Shown here piece by piece: positions 22,409 through 46,226 of a stretch of 64,000 nucleotides of DNA (position 1 is the first letter of the stretch; the number at the start of each line of letters is the position of its first letter). Position numbers and translations under genes: made by a program. The notes beneath the pieces were generated by a model, which had not been told where the DNA came from, ran no database searches, and saw only the letters and a program-made list of their open reading frames with translations. The DNA comes from the human T2T-CHM13v2.0 reference genome, Homo sapiens. Where the stretch lies: the NCBI RefSeq assembly GCF_009914755.1, contig NC_060940.1; one strand, written 5' to 3'.

Positions 22409-22562
22409 CTGTATGAAATAGATGAAACTGGCCAGGATGCTTTCAAGAGGGGGAGGAATCAGAATTTACTTCTGATCTTGTGCTCTGCCTTCATCCCCTT
22501 AATGTGGCTCAATTGCGATCTTTGGTCAACAAAGTCAACTGGCGGAAAGGGAGGAGGGTCTT

Positions 22563-22581
22563 GCGCGCCCCCTGGAGGTGA
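22563..22581 (-). promoter_or_regulatory. CTCF binding motif
   Basis: Minus strand TCACCTCCAGGGGGCGCGC vs core consensus CCACCAGGGGGCGC; retained CpGs in otherwise CpG-poor DNA. Confidence 0.75.
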
Positions 22582-22673
22582 GAGTGGGTAACAGACTGTG
22601 CGAGGAGGGAAGGGAAGAGAATACATCCCTGGGTGGTTAATGGGGCCAGATGGTGGAGAACCTTGAGTACTAG

Positions 22674-23029
22674 TGTATTAGTCCATTTTCATGCGGCTAA
22701 TAAAGACATACCCAAGACTGGGTAATTTACAAAGGGAAGAGGTTTAATGGACTCACAGTTCCACATGGCTGGGGAGGCCTCACAATCATGGTGGAAGGCA
22801 AAGGAAGAGCAAAGGGATATCTTACGTGGTGGCGGGCAAGAGAGCGTGTGCGGGGGAACTCCCATTTATAAAACCATCAGATCTCATGAGACTTATTCAC
22901 TACCACGAGAACACTATGGGGGAAACCGCCTCTATGATTCAATTATCTCCACCTCTCCCTGCCCTTGACACGTGGGGACTGTTCCAATTCAAAATGAGAT
23001 TTGGGTGGGGACACAGCAAAACCGTATCA
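22674..23029 (-). mobile_element. THE1 (MaLR) solo LTR
   Basis: tgtattagtcc...aaaccgtatca; 5-bp TSD actag/gctag. Confidence 0.85.
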
Positions 23030-23315
23030 GCTAGGTAGAGGAGCTGTTTTAAGACAGACAAACCATGGTTGTGGTTGAAAGGAACTGAGCATGAGGAGAG
23101 CAACTGAGCCCTGAAGTGGCTAAATGTAAGGGTCTGGAAGTCGGAATGAAGAAGAAATGAAGGGAGGGATGCAATGAGAAAGACAGCAAGACAGAAATCA
23201 CAGGCTTGGGTTTCTAGCCTGAGAAAATCGAGAAAAAATGATTCTGCTCTTAGAAATGGGATACTGGGAAAAGTCAATTTTATCTTAAAAAAAAGAAGAG
23301 AAAGAAAGAAAAAGA

Positions 23316-24426
<1,111 letters not shown>

Positions 24427-24885
24427 TTAGATCAGAAGAGCAAATGGGTAGCAGATATGGTTTGTTTATTCTACACAGGGTTTTACATTTTAATTTTCTA
24501 GCAACATTTGACAATTGGGAGATGATACACAAAAGCTCAGACTTGTGCCTCCAGAAACTGGCAGAAGCTGATCCCTGTAGATAGGACATGTGGTCCCCTG
24601 TTTTTCCACAGCCCCCACCATGCCCTATTGTATTCCTGATGGTGAGGTCCAGTATCAGTTGCCATTTGCCACCTACACCCAGCCTGCTTTATATTTATGT
24701 TACCTTCCTGGCCCCCTGAGCCATTCAGTTTGAGGTCTCTGGATTAAACACTCTCTAAAGTTCCTTTCAGCTCAGTGTGTCTATAGTTCACCTCTATATC
24801 CACTGGAAATACAAGTCCAGTGAGAAATCAGAGCTAGTGGTGCAGATTTGGAAATTACATGAGTAGAGATGATAGTAAGATCTTT

Positions 24886-25268
24886 GTATGAGTCCATTTT
24901 CACACTACTATAAAGAGCTACCTGAGATTGGATAATTTTATGAAGAAAAGTGGTTTAATTGACTCATAGTTCTGCAGCCTGTGCAGGAGGAATGGTTGGG
25001 GAGGCCTCAGGGAACTTACAGTCATGGCGGAAGGCAAAGGGGAAGCCGGCACGTCTTCCCGTGGCAGAGCAGAAGAGCGAGAGGGTGAAGGGGAAAGTGC
25101 TACACACTTTTGAATAAACAGATCTCATGAGAACTCACTATCACAAGAATAGCAAGTGAGAAATCCGCCCCCATGATCCAATCACCTCCCACAAGGTCCC
25201 TCCTCCAACACTGGAAATCACAATTCGATGGGAGATTTGGGTGAGGACACAGAGCCAAACCATATAAC
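24886..25268 (-). mobile_element. MSTA/MSTB-like MaLR solo LTR
   Basis: tgtatgagtccattttcacactactataaag...cagagccaaaccatataa. Confidence 0.8.
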
Positions 25269-25471
25269 CCTTGAGCTACATCATGGGTGTAAGTGTAAAA
25301 AAAAAAAAAAAAAGAAAAAAAAAGAAGAACAGAGAACTGAGGACAGAGAATATTCACCTATGGCTAAGGATGGTTAAGGTTAAGAACATGAGAAGGATGA
25401 AAGGACACAGAAAAGAAGAGTTTAGATGGAATCGTGCTAGGTAATGGAAACAAGAGAAGTCTCAAGGAGGC

Positions 25472-25909
25472 TGTATTAGTCCATTTTCATGCTGCTGATA
25501 AAGACATACCTGAAACTGGGCAATTTACAAAAGAAAGAGGTTTAATGTTTTTACAGTTCCACATGGCTGGGGAGGCCTTGCAATTATTGCAGAAGGTGAA
25601 AGCCATGTCTCACATGGCGGCAGACAAGAGAAGAATGAGGTAGCTTGTGCAGGGAAACTCCCATTTTTAAAACCATCAGATCTGGTGAAACTTATTCACT
25701 ATCATGAGAACAGCATGGGAAAGACCCGCCTCCCGATTAGCTGGGATTACAGGCACTCACCACCACGTCTGGCTAATTTTTGTATTTTTAGAAGAGACAG
25801 GGTTTCACCATGTTGGCCAGGCTGATGTCAAACTCCTGACCTCAGGTGATCCACCTGCCTTGGCCTCCCAAAGTGTTGAGATTACAGGCAAGAGCCACTG
25901 CGCCCGGCC
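25472..25909 (-). mobile_element. Truncated THE1 LTR (25472-~25734) fused to partial Alu (~25728-25909)
   Basis: Junction gaaagacccGCCTCCCgattagctgggattac. Confidence 0.8.
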
Positions 25910-26583
25910 CTCAGCTGTGTTCCTGAGCAGTGCTGGCCACTGTCCCCAGTGCTGTGCTGTGACAACCCACCATCCAGTTGTAAACATCTCTATCACAATG
26001 TGCACAACAGCCGCAAGCACAACACAGTATGACATTCAGCCATGCAGTTCTTGACACAGATTATTAGAGCAAAAGACATTCAAAAACAAGAGAGCAAGGA
26101 GATTTGCTTTCCTGTTTTGTCCCTGCCTTATGAGAAGAAGCTGTTCTTTGGAAACAGTATGTCCTGGGTCAAGTCCATGTTAAAAATTACATGAAGCTAA
26201 CACTGGCTCAAGGCTTTTAGAGTCCCAAGAACTGCAATCGTAGTGCCCCTTTCTTCGTAATGGAAATAATACCAAAATCAGGATGAGAAAGCCCAATAAA
26301 ATTCTGATGTTTTTCTATCATTGGCACTTAGATGCTTATATTTTTGAAATATTGTATATCGAATTCTTTCCAATTTTTTTTTTCTCCTTATCCAACCCTT
26401 TTTTGCTGGTGGACTGTTCATGTTTTCTTGGCCATCTGAGTGTTCTGACGTTACAGTTAATGCAAAGGGTAATGTGTGAAATTGAAGGAACTTCTTTAAA
26501 CCTCCACGGAAGTTTTATTGCCTGATAAAATTATGGTCTTCATGAAATACTAAAGCAATAAAGGACAAATGAGTTTCTTTTAT

Positions 26584-27040
<457 letters not shown>

Positions 27041-27427
27041 TCATTGTTTTGCATGGCCTAGGAATGTTATTTTGTCAGCTGTTTTCTTTACTTAATACGC
27101 TGATGTCATATATACCAATATATATGTGTGTGTATGTAAATGTTGATATGCCATATATGTGTATGTATAAAATAGTCCACAGTTTTACAGTTGCACGTGG
27201 ATTCTGAAGTTGTTTCAAATGCTGTTCTTTTAGGTAGAACTCTATGAAATTGCTGTGTTCATTGGTCAAAAATGGCCAAATACCAGTCATTTCATATGGT
27301 TCAACCTACTATCTATGAGGACTATTGCAATAAACAGCTTAAATATATTGGTGCTCTTTTTTGGAGAATTTCTTTAGGATAAGTTCCTAGAAATGGGATT
27401 ATTGGGCTAAATAGCACATACACATAA

Positions 27428-27846
<419 letters not shown>

Positions 27847-27999
27847 TAAACTGGTTTACTCTTATGAAGTATGTATGCACTCCTCTTTCTGTGGATCTTT
27901 GTTTCCCGTTGCCTCTCTTTGGGGTGATCTTTCCTCTGGCATGCAGATACTCAGGTGCCCCCCTCAACTTGCATTGCACAAGAATCAGGCAGTAGAAAC

Positions 28000-29299
<1,300 letters not shown>

Positions 29300-29626
29300 A
29301 AACTGAAACTGTGCCTCCTTTTGTGACAACTGTAACATTGAATTTCCTGGTATGTGATTTCTAAAAAAACTGATTTATATATTTAAAATTCCTGTATATC
29401 ACATTAATTATTTCCTGAGTTTGGTGTGCATCATGAGTACAGAATATTATCAATAAAATAAAAGTAAATTTAAAGTAAGCTGACAAGGTGCCAGCTCCAA
29501 TGTTAAGCATTTGTTTTATTGAATCTTTACAGCCACGCTGAGAAGTAAGTATTGGCATCCACATTTTACATAGAAAAAACTTGGGCTCAGAGAGGTTAAT
29601 TCTCTCATCCAAGGTGGCATAGCTAC

Positions 29627-30561
29627 TGTATTGATGATCTATTGCTACTTGACATGGTTTGGCTGTGTCTGCACCCAAATCTCACTTGAATTGTAATAAT
29701 CCCCACGTGTCAAGAGCAGGGCCAGGTGGAGATAATTGAATCATAGGGGTGGTTCCCCCATACTGTTCTTGTGGTAGTGAGTTTCACAATATCTGATGGT
29801 TTTATAAAGGGAGTTCCCCTGCACATGTTCTCTTGCCTGCTGCCAGGTAAGACGTGACTTTGCTCCTCCTTTGCCTTCTGCCATGATTGTGAGGCCTCCC
29901 TAGCCATGTTGGAACTGTGAGTCCAACACGTCCCTTCAACCTCTTTCCTTTATAAATTATCCAGTCTCTGCTATGTCTTTATCAGCAGCATGAGCACAGA
30001 CTAATACACTACTTAACAAATTACCACAAACTTAGCAGCCTTAAATGACAAATATTTATTATTTGACAGTTGCTGGGAGCCAGGAGTTTGGGCAAAGCTT
30101 AGCTAAATACTCTGCTTATGGGTTCTCAAGAGGCTATAACTGAGGAGTCAGTCAGGGTGGGGGTCACCTCTGAAGACTCAGCTGGGGAAAGGTCTGCTTT
30201 GCAACTTCACTTACATGGCTGTTGGAAGGATTCAGTTCCTTCAGGTTTCTTGGCCCAAGGGCTTCAGTTTCCTGTTGGCTGGAGGCCACCTTCAGTTCCT
30301 TGGCACATGGCACTTTCTAACATGGTGGCTCACAACATGGAAACTTGCTTCATCAAAGCAGCAAGGGACAGAAACTTCTAGCAAGACAAAACTCACATCT
30401 TGTGTAGTTTCATCACAGAAGTAGCATCCAATTACTTTGACCATATTCTGTTGGTTAGAATCAAGCCACCAGGGCAATACACACTTAGGGGAGAGGATTA
30501 CACAAGTGCACAAAGACCAGGAGGTGGGAATCACTGGGGCCATATCGAGTCTACCTGCCAC
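29627..30561 (-). mobile_element. MLT1D/E-like LTR
   Basis: taacaaattaccacaaacttagcagcctt...ggggccatatcgagtctacctgccaca. Confidence 0.7.
29650..30008 (+). mobile_element. THE1-type solo LTR nested in MLT1
   Basis: tgacatggtttggctgtgtc...gactaataca; 5-bp TSD CTACT. Confidence 0.85.
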
Positions 30562-31882
30562 AGCAATTGAAGAGCAAAGCTGGGATGTGAAGCCAGTTTC
30601 ATCCAAGTCTGAAGCTCCCAACAGTTAACCATTAAGCTCCACTGCCTTCCACAGAAATTAATCTGATTACTTTTTAGAAATATTAATCTGGTTATTCCAA
30701 CATGGACTGCAGTGTTTATCTCAATGGGTTACCCTTTTAAATCTGTTCTCTCAAGTGAGAACTGAAAGATCCATCCAAAGTGAATGAATTCACTAGTTTT
30801 ATGAATTTTCTTAAGAGGTAACTTTAGAAAGGAAGACTAATGACCTTAAGACTTCCAATGCTAAATCTTGACCCTGAGCTATTAGACCTAGCCTTCCTAT
30901 ATGATTTTTAGAACATCTGACCAATTTGCATAAAGAAATATACAAATCGGGCAGATGATTAGATTCAAAGAAGATAAACAAAACTTCCCTGGGAGAAAGA
31001 ATTTAGATTATTCCCTCAACCTTTTTTCCCTCCCCTTTTATGTCTTGAATCTGTAACTAAGTTCAGAATTAAAATGACTAGTCTTAACAAACATCTTCAG
31101 ACTCAGCCATACATCTGTGTATAATTTGGTTTGTGGGAGAGCAGGAGGACTGGTTCATGGGGCATCTTTGTGGGCAGCAATATATCTTCATTTATTGAAA
31201 TGTTCCTAGCAACAGAAGTTGTTTTCTTTATCGCCCCCAAATCCTCAAAGTAGAAACAGGCAAAAATGATGACAAGAAATCTAGAAAATTGTAGATGTAT
31301 TTTCATTTTTTTAAAGTGTAACTTGTGTTGTAAGTATATTTCCTGGCATTTGCCAACATAAAGTCAAAAGCTTTTTTTAAAAAAATTTTAATGACAAACA
31401 TGAGTTCATGTGCAATTTTTTTTTCCCCAAAAGCTAACATATGGGACAGCAGTTAAATGCTGTCCTGTCATACTGCTTAGAGATTGCTTTGGCATTTCAA
31501 TTGTATTTCCCTGGCATGATGATTTTTCTTTGGCTATTTTCATATTATTCTACTTTGCATGCATTCAGAATGTACCAGCTCAATTCCTTCTGCAAAGTAA
31601 CAACAACAAAATTTATTAAAAATTGTTAATGATCACTTACTGTGTAGTCATTCTAGGCTACACACTTTCCATGCATTATTTCATGCTGTTTTCATAATAA
31701 TCCTAAAACCTAGGTAATTATCTGATTTTATAGATAAGGAAAATGAAGCTTGTGGCTCAGAGAACTTAAGTAATTTGCCCAAGGCCACACAGCAAGTAAT
31801 TAGTAGAGCAGGATTGGAGAGCATGCTCTTTGGACTATGCAATACTGCATAGGCAATGAGTGATGAATGAATGAATGAGTGA

Positions 31883-32287
<405 letters not shown>

Positions 32288-32329
32288 TAATGAGACCTCA
32301 GGCTTTGTGGGTATTTGTGTTGGCGAAGA

Positions 32330-32790
32330 CCATAGGCTGTGGAGTCAGACAGAGCTATATTCCAATTCAGGCTTACAGCTTTTCAGCTGTACGACCTTGG
32401 CCAAGTTCTATAACCTTACTGAGCCTCAGTTTGCTCTTACAAAAAGAGCAGGAATAATGAGTTTTCATCAAGGCCATTTGCAAACAAGGATCTATTTAGT
32501 GAAATAAATATGAGTGTATCCATGTCATACAGTTGATGTGAGGATTCTATGAGGGTATACACATAAAGCACTTACTTAGCACAGTGCCTGAAGGTATGGA
32601 TAAATGCTTACTCCTTGGTAGTTACCATAATTATAATATCACATGGAGTTATGAAAAGTTGGATTTGAGTTCTGATTCTTTCACTTATTAGCTCTGTGAC
32701 TAGCAGTAAGATATCTCTCTGAGACTCAGTTTCCCTATCTGTAAAATGGGTATCACAATATCGCCCTTGCCGTGAACGATGCTGTGAAAA
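32330..32790 (+). mobile_element. Two MIR fragments
   Basis: ctgagcctcagttt and ctgagactcagtttccctatctgtaaaatggg cores. Confidence 0.7.
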
Positions 32791-32799
32791 ATTGTATGG

Positions 32800-33008
32800 A
32801 AGTGGTTCTCAAATGTCACCCAGAAATAGTTGGCAGTGTTTGAAGACATCCTGGCCGTCATACTGAGGGGAGGTGGTGGTGGTGCTACTGGCATCTAGGG
32901 GGTAGAGGACAGGGACGCTGCTGAACATCCTATAATGCCCATGGCAGCCCCTACAACTCAGCATTATCTGGCCCCAAATACCAATGGTTCCAAGGTGGAG
33001 AAATCCTT
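32800..33008 (+). mobile_element. MER20 (hAT)
   Basis: agtggttctcaa...tgctactggcatctaggggg tagagg...ccaaggtggagaaatcct. Confidence 0.8.
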
Positions 33009-33089
33009 TGGAATGGGCATTTCACGCAGAGCTAGTGCACAGGAAATGCTAGCTATAATATTATTATGTTTTGTCATTTTGAGTTTCCA

Positions 33090-35043
<1,954 letters not shown>

Positions 35044-35670
35044 TCAGAAGTATATTAACCTTTTTTGGTCAATACTTCCATGTATCAATAACTAATAACA
35101 ATTGATATTCAGAATGATGAACCCAAGATCTATAAGGTCCTCAAATACCTTCTAATTCATTAGTAAAATGATAAAGCTCGGTTAGGAGGACCTTTTGTTT
35201 TGGTTTATATTTGGCAACTGATGATCTTTTCACAGTATTGTACCTAGCTGTAACACCAAGGGTATTGAATTCACCATTTTCTTCTCCAATTCCATCTGTA
35301 CAGAGAAGGGAGTGTGGCATGAGTGAAATCATTTCAGAACCAAACAGATCTGAGCTAGAATCTTGGTGCTGGCATTTTTCCACTGTGAAAAGTAATTTAA
35401 ATTTTCCCAGTCCCTGGGAATAACAACACGTGCCTTGGAGGAATATTGGGGAAAATGTCACACCCGATCCTGTATAGTAATTATTATTGCTGTTTCTGTC
35501 TTGTCCATAAAGTGTGTGCTCACCAATTCTTTTGATTTCACCTGTTCCTTCTTCCCCACCAACAGAATGCCTAGTGCATAGTAGGTGTTCAATAAATGTT
35601 TACTGATTCATCACTTAGAGTATCGTCTGAATGAGAAGAGGGCTCTCATTTCTCTCCCCTACTCTTCTAC

Positions 35671-35729
<59 letters not shown>
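35671..35729. repeat. (TGTATA)n microsatellite, about 10 units
   Basis: Perfect hexamer repeat. Confidence 0.95.
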
Positions 35730-35854
35730 TTGTTTGTTTCTATGGCACACATCACTATGTGGCATGACATATGTTTATCTGCTTATTTTCTGCCTCCTCC
35801 ATGAAATGTAAGCTCCAAGAAGATAAGAAATTGTATTTACTCAATCCCTACAGA

Positions 35855-36630
35855 TTTTTTTTTCTTTCTTTTTTTTTTTTTTTTTTTTTTTTTGACAGGG
35901 TCTTTTTCTGTAGCCCAGGCTGGAGGGCAATGGCGGGATCTTGGCTCACTGCAACCTCTACCTCCCAGGCTCAAGTGATTCTCATGCCTCAGCCTCCTGA
36001 GTAGCTGGGACCACAGATGTGCATCACCATGCCTGGCTAATTTTTGTATTTTTAGTAGAGACGGGATTTCACTATGTTGCCCAGGCTGGCCTCAAACTCC
36101 TGACCTGAAGTGATCCACCTGCCTTGGTCTCACAAAGTGCTGGGATTACAGGCATAAACCACTGCTCCTGACCTTTTTTTTTTCTTTTTTTTTTTTTGAT
36201 ACAGGGTCTCACTTTGTAGCCCAGGCTGGAGTGCAGTGGTGGGATCACAGCTCACTGCAGCCTCAATCTCCCAGGCTCAAGTGATCCTCCTGCCTCAGCC
36301 TCCTGAGTAGCCAGGACTATAGGTGTGGGCCACCACTCCTGGCTAACTTTTGTATTTTTATTAGAGACGGGATTTCCCCATGTTGGCCAGACTGGTCTCA
36401 AACTCCTGACCTCAGGTGATCTGCCCGCTTCAGCCTCCCAAAGTGCTGGGATTACAGGCATAAGCCACCATGCCCAGCCCCGGCTAGCTTTTTAAATTTA
36501 TTTTTTTTTAACAACAGGGTCTCACTATGTTGAGACCAGCCTAGGCTGGTCTCAAACTCCTGGCCTCAAGCGATCTTTCTGCCTTAGCAGAAAGTGCTGG
36601 GATTACAGGCATGAGCCACTGTGCCTGGCC
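35855..36630 (-). mobile_element. Tandem/nested reverse Alus (two full plus one left arm)
   Basis: Consecutive Alu units. Confidence 0.85.
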
Positions 36631-37619
36631 TAGTCCCTATATATCTCTAGTGCTCAGTACTTACTGTTTCTCATTATTGTAGAGGCTCAATAAATATTAT
36701 TGAATAAATGAAGTGCATGAGTGATGTCAGCAAAAAAATGAACTCTATTATTTCACACACAAAGTGAAACTCCAAAGACCATAAGGCAAATCACCAAGGA
36801 AAAATTTGTTGCCTGGAAGACGGTGGACTTCATATTATTTCCAGCAATAAGGTTTTACAAATTAATTGATTTTTTGACTCACTTTGTGTGGGTTTAAACA
36901 ATATATCCAAAAGCTCTATACTATATCCTTTGAATTACTGAAACAATTAGAGACCCGAAAGCTGAAATAATGAGTTAAACACTTAGTTGAGCCATCTCTA
37001 TTAGCGCTTTGCATTTATTGCCTTTCAGCCTCATCTCTGCGGTGTGAGCTTCAGTGCACACTGGGTGCTTCTGGGGACCGATTCCATGAGTTCTCTCCTC
37101 ATTTCCCTCCCTGCTCATTGGAGAAAACAGCAGACCTGCCCTTGGGTGACATCACCGCTTTGCAGCGCGGGAGCTGCCTGTCAGACCTTCTGAAGGGAGC
37201 TACTGCCTCGTCTGAGCCCTGGAGTGCCACCGCCCCTGCACCAGCAATGTTTAATAACATGAAGAATACAAAGGCTGGCGAGATGAGTCACTGGTGCAAG
37301 TGACCAGCCAAATTGAATCTCCTTTAATGGAAAGGCCTTAAAATAAAGAAATACAAATGCACTCTAATTTCCAGTTTTAGTGGGAAATGAAATGTATTTC
37401 CAGGGAGCATGCCCACATGTGCTTCTTTCTGGTGGATGCCATAAAACACCTCTGAACCTGAATTAGGGTCCAAATTCTTTCTTCACCCAGTGTTTGGCAA
37501 ATTTCAGCATTTGCATGCCATCTTCCCTAATTTCTTTGCCCTACCTGCGTGCCTCCTGTGTTATTATTTACTTTCTAGTTTTCTGTGATTCACTTTTGTT
37601 ACTCAAATACCTTGGCTTA

Positions 37620-37961
<342 letters not shown>

Positions 37962-38149
37962 ATGTGAAAAATTCTCACTGCTCACAATTCTGGTAAACTA
38001 GTATTTCCTGCCACAAATAGACATGTGTAAAATTAGACGGGGAAGAAAACAGTATCAATACCTGTTAGGTAGCTTCTGGTCTCTGCTAAGGACCTTGAGA
38101 CAGAGATTTGAGATCTCTTTGATCAAAAGGAGAGTGAAAGTGTTAGGTG

Positions 38150-38520
38150 GTAAAGAAACAGTAAATGCAAACCAAGACGTTCTCCTTAAAGCAATGAAGT
38201 ACATTGAAAAGGGAATACTGCCAGGACCTCCTTTGTGGTGATGGGTTCTGTATCAGGATTATGCTGGTGGTTGTACAGAGGTATGCACAAAATAAAATTG
38301 CATAGAACTACACACACAAACACACACACACACACAAATACATGTAAAAACTGGTGAAATCTGAATGAAGTCTGTAGCCTAGTTAACAATATTGTACCAA
38401 TGCCTATTTCTTGATTTTGATATAGCGCTAAAGTTATATAAGATGTCACCATGCAGGACTTTCCATGCTATTTTTGTGGGAACATCCTGTAGGTCTGCAT
38501 TATTTCAAATTAAAAAAACA
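38150..38520 (+). mobile_element. Old L1M 3' end with (CA)n tract
   Basis: catgtaaaaactggtgaaatctgaatgaagtctgtag...attgtaccaatg. Confidence 0.65.
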
Positions 38521-38527
38521 ATTTCAC

Positions 38528-38843
<316 letters not shown>

Positions 38844-39364
38844 CGGAGGGGAGTATTATCTTCCCTGTGTGACCTGCATCTATGTACCACATAAAATCAA
38901 CATATGTACTGCTCACTTTGGGCAAAAATTGGCATACTTTTTCTGCAGGTAAAAACCTAAGTATATTCATTTATCTGGCTTTGGGCCCCTAAAGAATAGG
39001 ACATAGTATCATTAGAGGCAGGAGAGCATTGTGGTTGGGAGCCTAGGCTCAGGATTCCAACAGAAATGGAGGGAGTCTCAGATTTACTTTGCCGGTAGAG
39101 AGACCTTGAGTAATGGTCTTAACCCTCTCATAGTCTAAGTCTTTTTGATTGAAAAGTGAAGATAAGGTGATTATGGTATGTTTCTCATAGGGGTTTTAGG
39201 TAGATTTTATGAAATAATTCAGGTAAGGCACTTTGCATACTACATGGCACTTAATAAGTGCTCGATATTTATTTATCTTTATCATCTTCTTTCTCTTATT
39301 CTCCCTCTTTTTCCATTATATTCATCATTATCACCAACCAATCAATCATTATCGTTGTCATCAT

Positions 39365-40179
39365 AATGGGTTGAATTGTGTCCCTTAAAGTGATATGTTC
39401 AAGTTCTAACCCCTAGTATCTGTGATTGTGACCAAATTTGTGAACAAGGTCTTTGCAGATGTAATCAATCAAATTAAGATGAAGTCATACATGCTTGCAG
39501 GGACCCTACTCCACTGACTGGTGTCTTTATAAAAGAAAGAAGAGGGTGATTTGGAGATAGAGACAAGGACAAGATACTCAGTAAAGGAGACATGTAAAGA
39601 TGGAGGCAGAGGCCAGGCATGGTGGCTCGCGCCTGTAATCCCAGCACTTTGGGAGGCCAAGGTGGGCAGATCACATGAGGTCAGGAGTTTGAGACCAGCC
39701 TGGTCATCATGGCAAAACTCTGTCTCTACTAAAAATACAAACATTAGCTGAGCATGGTGGTGCATGCCTGTAATCCCAGCCACTAAGGAGGCTGAGGCAC
39801 AAGAATCACTTGAACCTGGGAGGCAAAGGATGCAGCTCCAGTGAGCTGAGGTCATACCATTGCGCTCCAGTGAGCTGAAATCACACCATGGTACTCCAGT
39901 CTGGGTGACAGAGGACGACACTAAAAAAAAAAAAAAATTGGAGGCAGAGATTGGAGTTATACTGCCACCAACCAAGTAATGCCAAGAATTGCCAGTTGCA
40001 ACTAGAAGCTAGAAGAGGCAAGAAAGAATTATTTTCTAGAAACTTCAGAGGGAGCATAACCCTACTAACACCTTGATTTTAGACTTCTAGCCTCCAGAAT
40101 TATAAGAGAACACATTTCTATTATTTTAAGGCAGCCAATCTGTGATATTTCCTTATGGGAATTCTAGGAATCTAATACA
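39365..40179 (+). mobile_element. MLT1 (B/C-like) 5' LTR with nested Alu (39611-39937)
   Basis: gggttgaattgtgtccc...ggaatctaataca. Confidence 0.8.
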
Positions 40180-42565
<2,386 letters not shown>

Positions 42566-42574
42566 TTTTTTCTT

Positions 42575-42889
42575 CTTGTTGTTTGTTTGTTTTGAGACAG
42601 GGTCTTCCTCTGTTGCGCAGGCTGGAGTGCAGTGGCACAATCAGCTCACTCCATTCTCTGCCTCCCGGGTTGAAAAAATCCTCCTGCCTTAGCATCCTGA
42701 GTACCTGGGACTACAGGTGTGCACCACCACGCCTGAGCACACCATGCCTGACTAATTTTTGTATTTTTAGTAGAGATGGGGTTTCATCATATTGCCTGGG
42801 CTGGTCTTGAACTCCTGCGCTCAAGCAACCCACCTGCCTTGGCCTCCCAAAGTGCTGGGATTTATAGGCATGAGCCACCACATCCGGCC
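42575..42889 (-). mobile_element. AluJ/S-like, no visible TSD
   Basis: Joins MLT-int to L1 sequence. Confidence 0.85.
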
Positions 42890-45285
<2,396 letters not shown>

Positions 45286-45917
45286 TAACTAATAATAACT
45301 AACAAATAACAAAACATAATAATAAGGCACAGACCACAAAGCTTATTAGAGATAAAGTGAGATTAATTCTTAAAAGTATTAGATTTAGATTTATGATTCC
45401 TCTAACTTTGCTAAGGAACATTAATCATTCATAGCAAAATATTTCCTTTAGCTGATTATATATATATATTTTCTCAGTTAATTCAATATTATTCCACATT
45501 TAGAGTTAATAATTTTCTACCAGGCTTTTTTTTTCCTACTTCAATTTGTTTCCTCTGACGGGATACAAGACAAACACCGTTTGCCTGAGTTTTTAAAGCG
45601 TATTTCCTTTGCTCACTTGAATGATCAATAAAGACATAAGTCCAATTGGCAAAGTGAAAAGGGGGTTCTACCAGATTTTAATACACAGTAAAATATATGT
45701 AAGTAAACCAGAAGTAATGTTTTCCCTGACAAAACTATTTTGAAATCACTTTCAATTCATGTGCCATGAAAAATGTTTAGATTTTCCCCCAATGATGTAA
45801 TTGTAGAATTGAGATACATCTGATATATCTGCCTAGCTTATGTGCTAACAAAGATGATAGTAACCCAGATAAATTGTGTGTTAGTTTTTCATATGTCTCA
45901 ATGTCTCAATGGGGAAT

Positions 45918-46226
45918 CTTTTTTTTTTTTTTTTTTTTTTTTTCGAGACAGGGTCTCACTCCGTCTCCCAGGCTGGAGTGCAAGTGGGGTGATCCTGGGT
46001 CACCGCAACCCCCACCTCCCAGGTTCAAGTGATTTTCATGCCTCAGTCTCTTGAGTCGCTGGGACTACAGGAGCCCACTACTATGCCCAGTTAGTTTTTG
46101 TATTTTTAATAGAGATGGGGTTTCACCATGCTGGCCCAGCTGGTCTCAAACTCCTGACCTCAAGTGATCCTCCCGCCTTAGCCTCCCAAAGTGCTGGGAT
46201 TACAGGGGTAAGCCACTGCACCAGCC
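45918..46226 (-). mobile_element. Alu
   Basis: Reverse Alu. Confidence 0.9.

Noticed and set aside
35585-35767. VYVYVY repeat peptide
   Set aside because: Microsatellite translation
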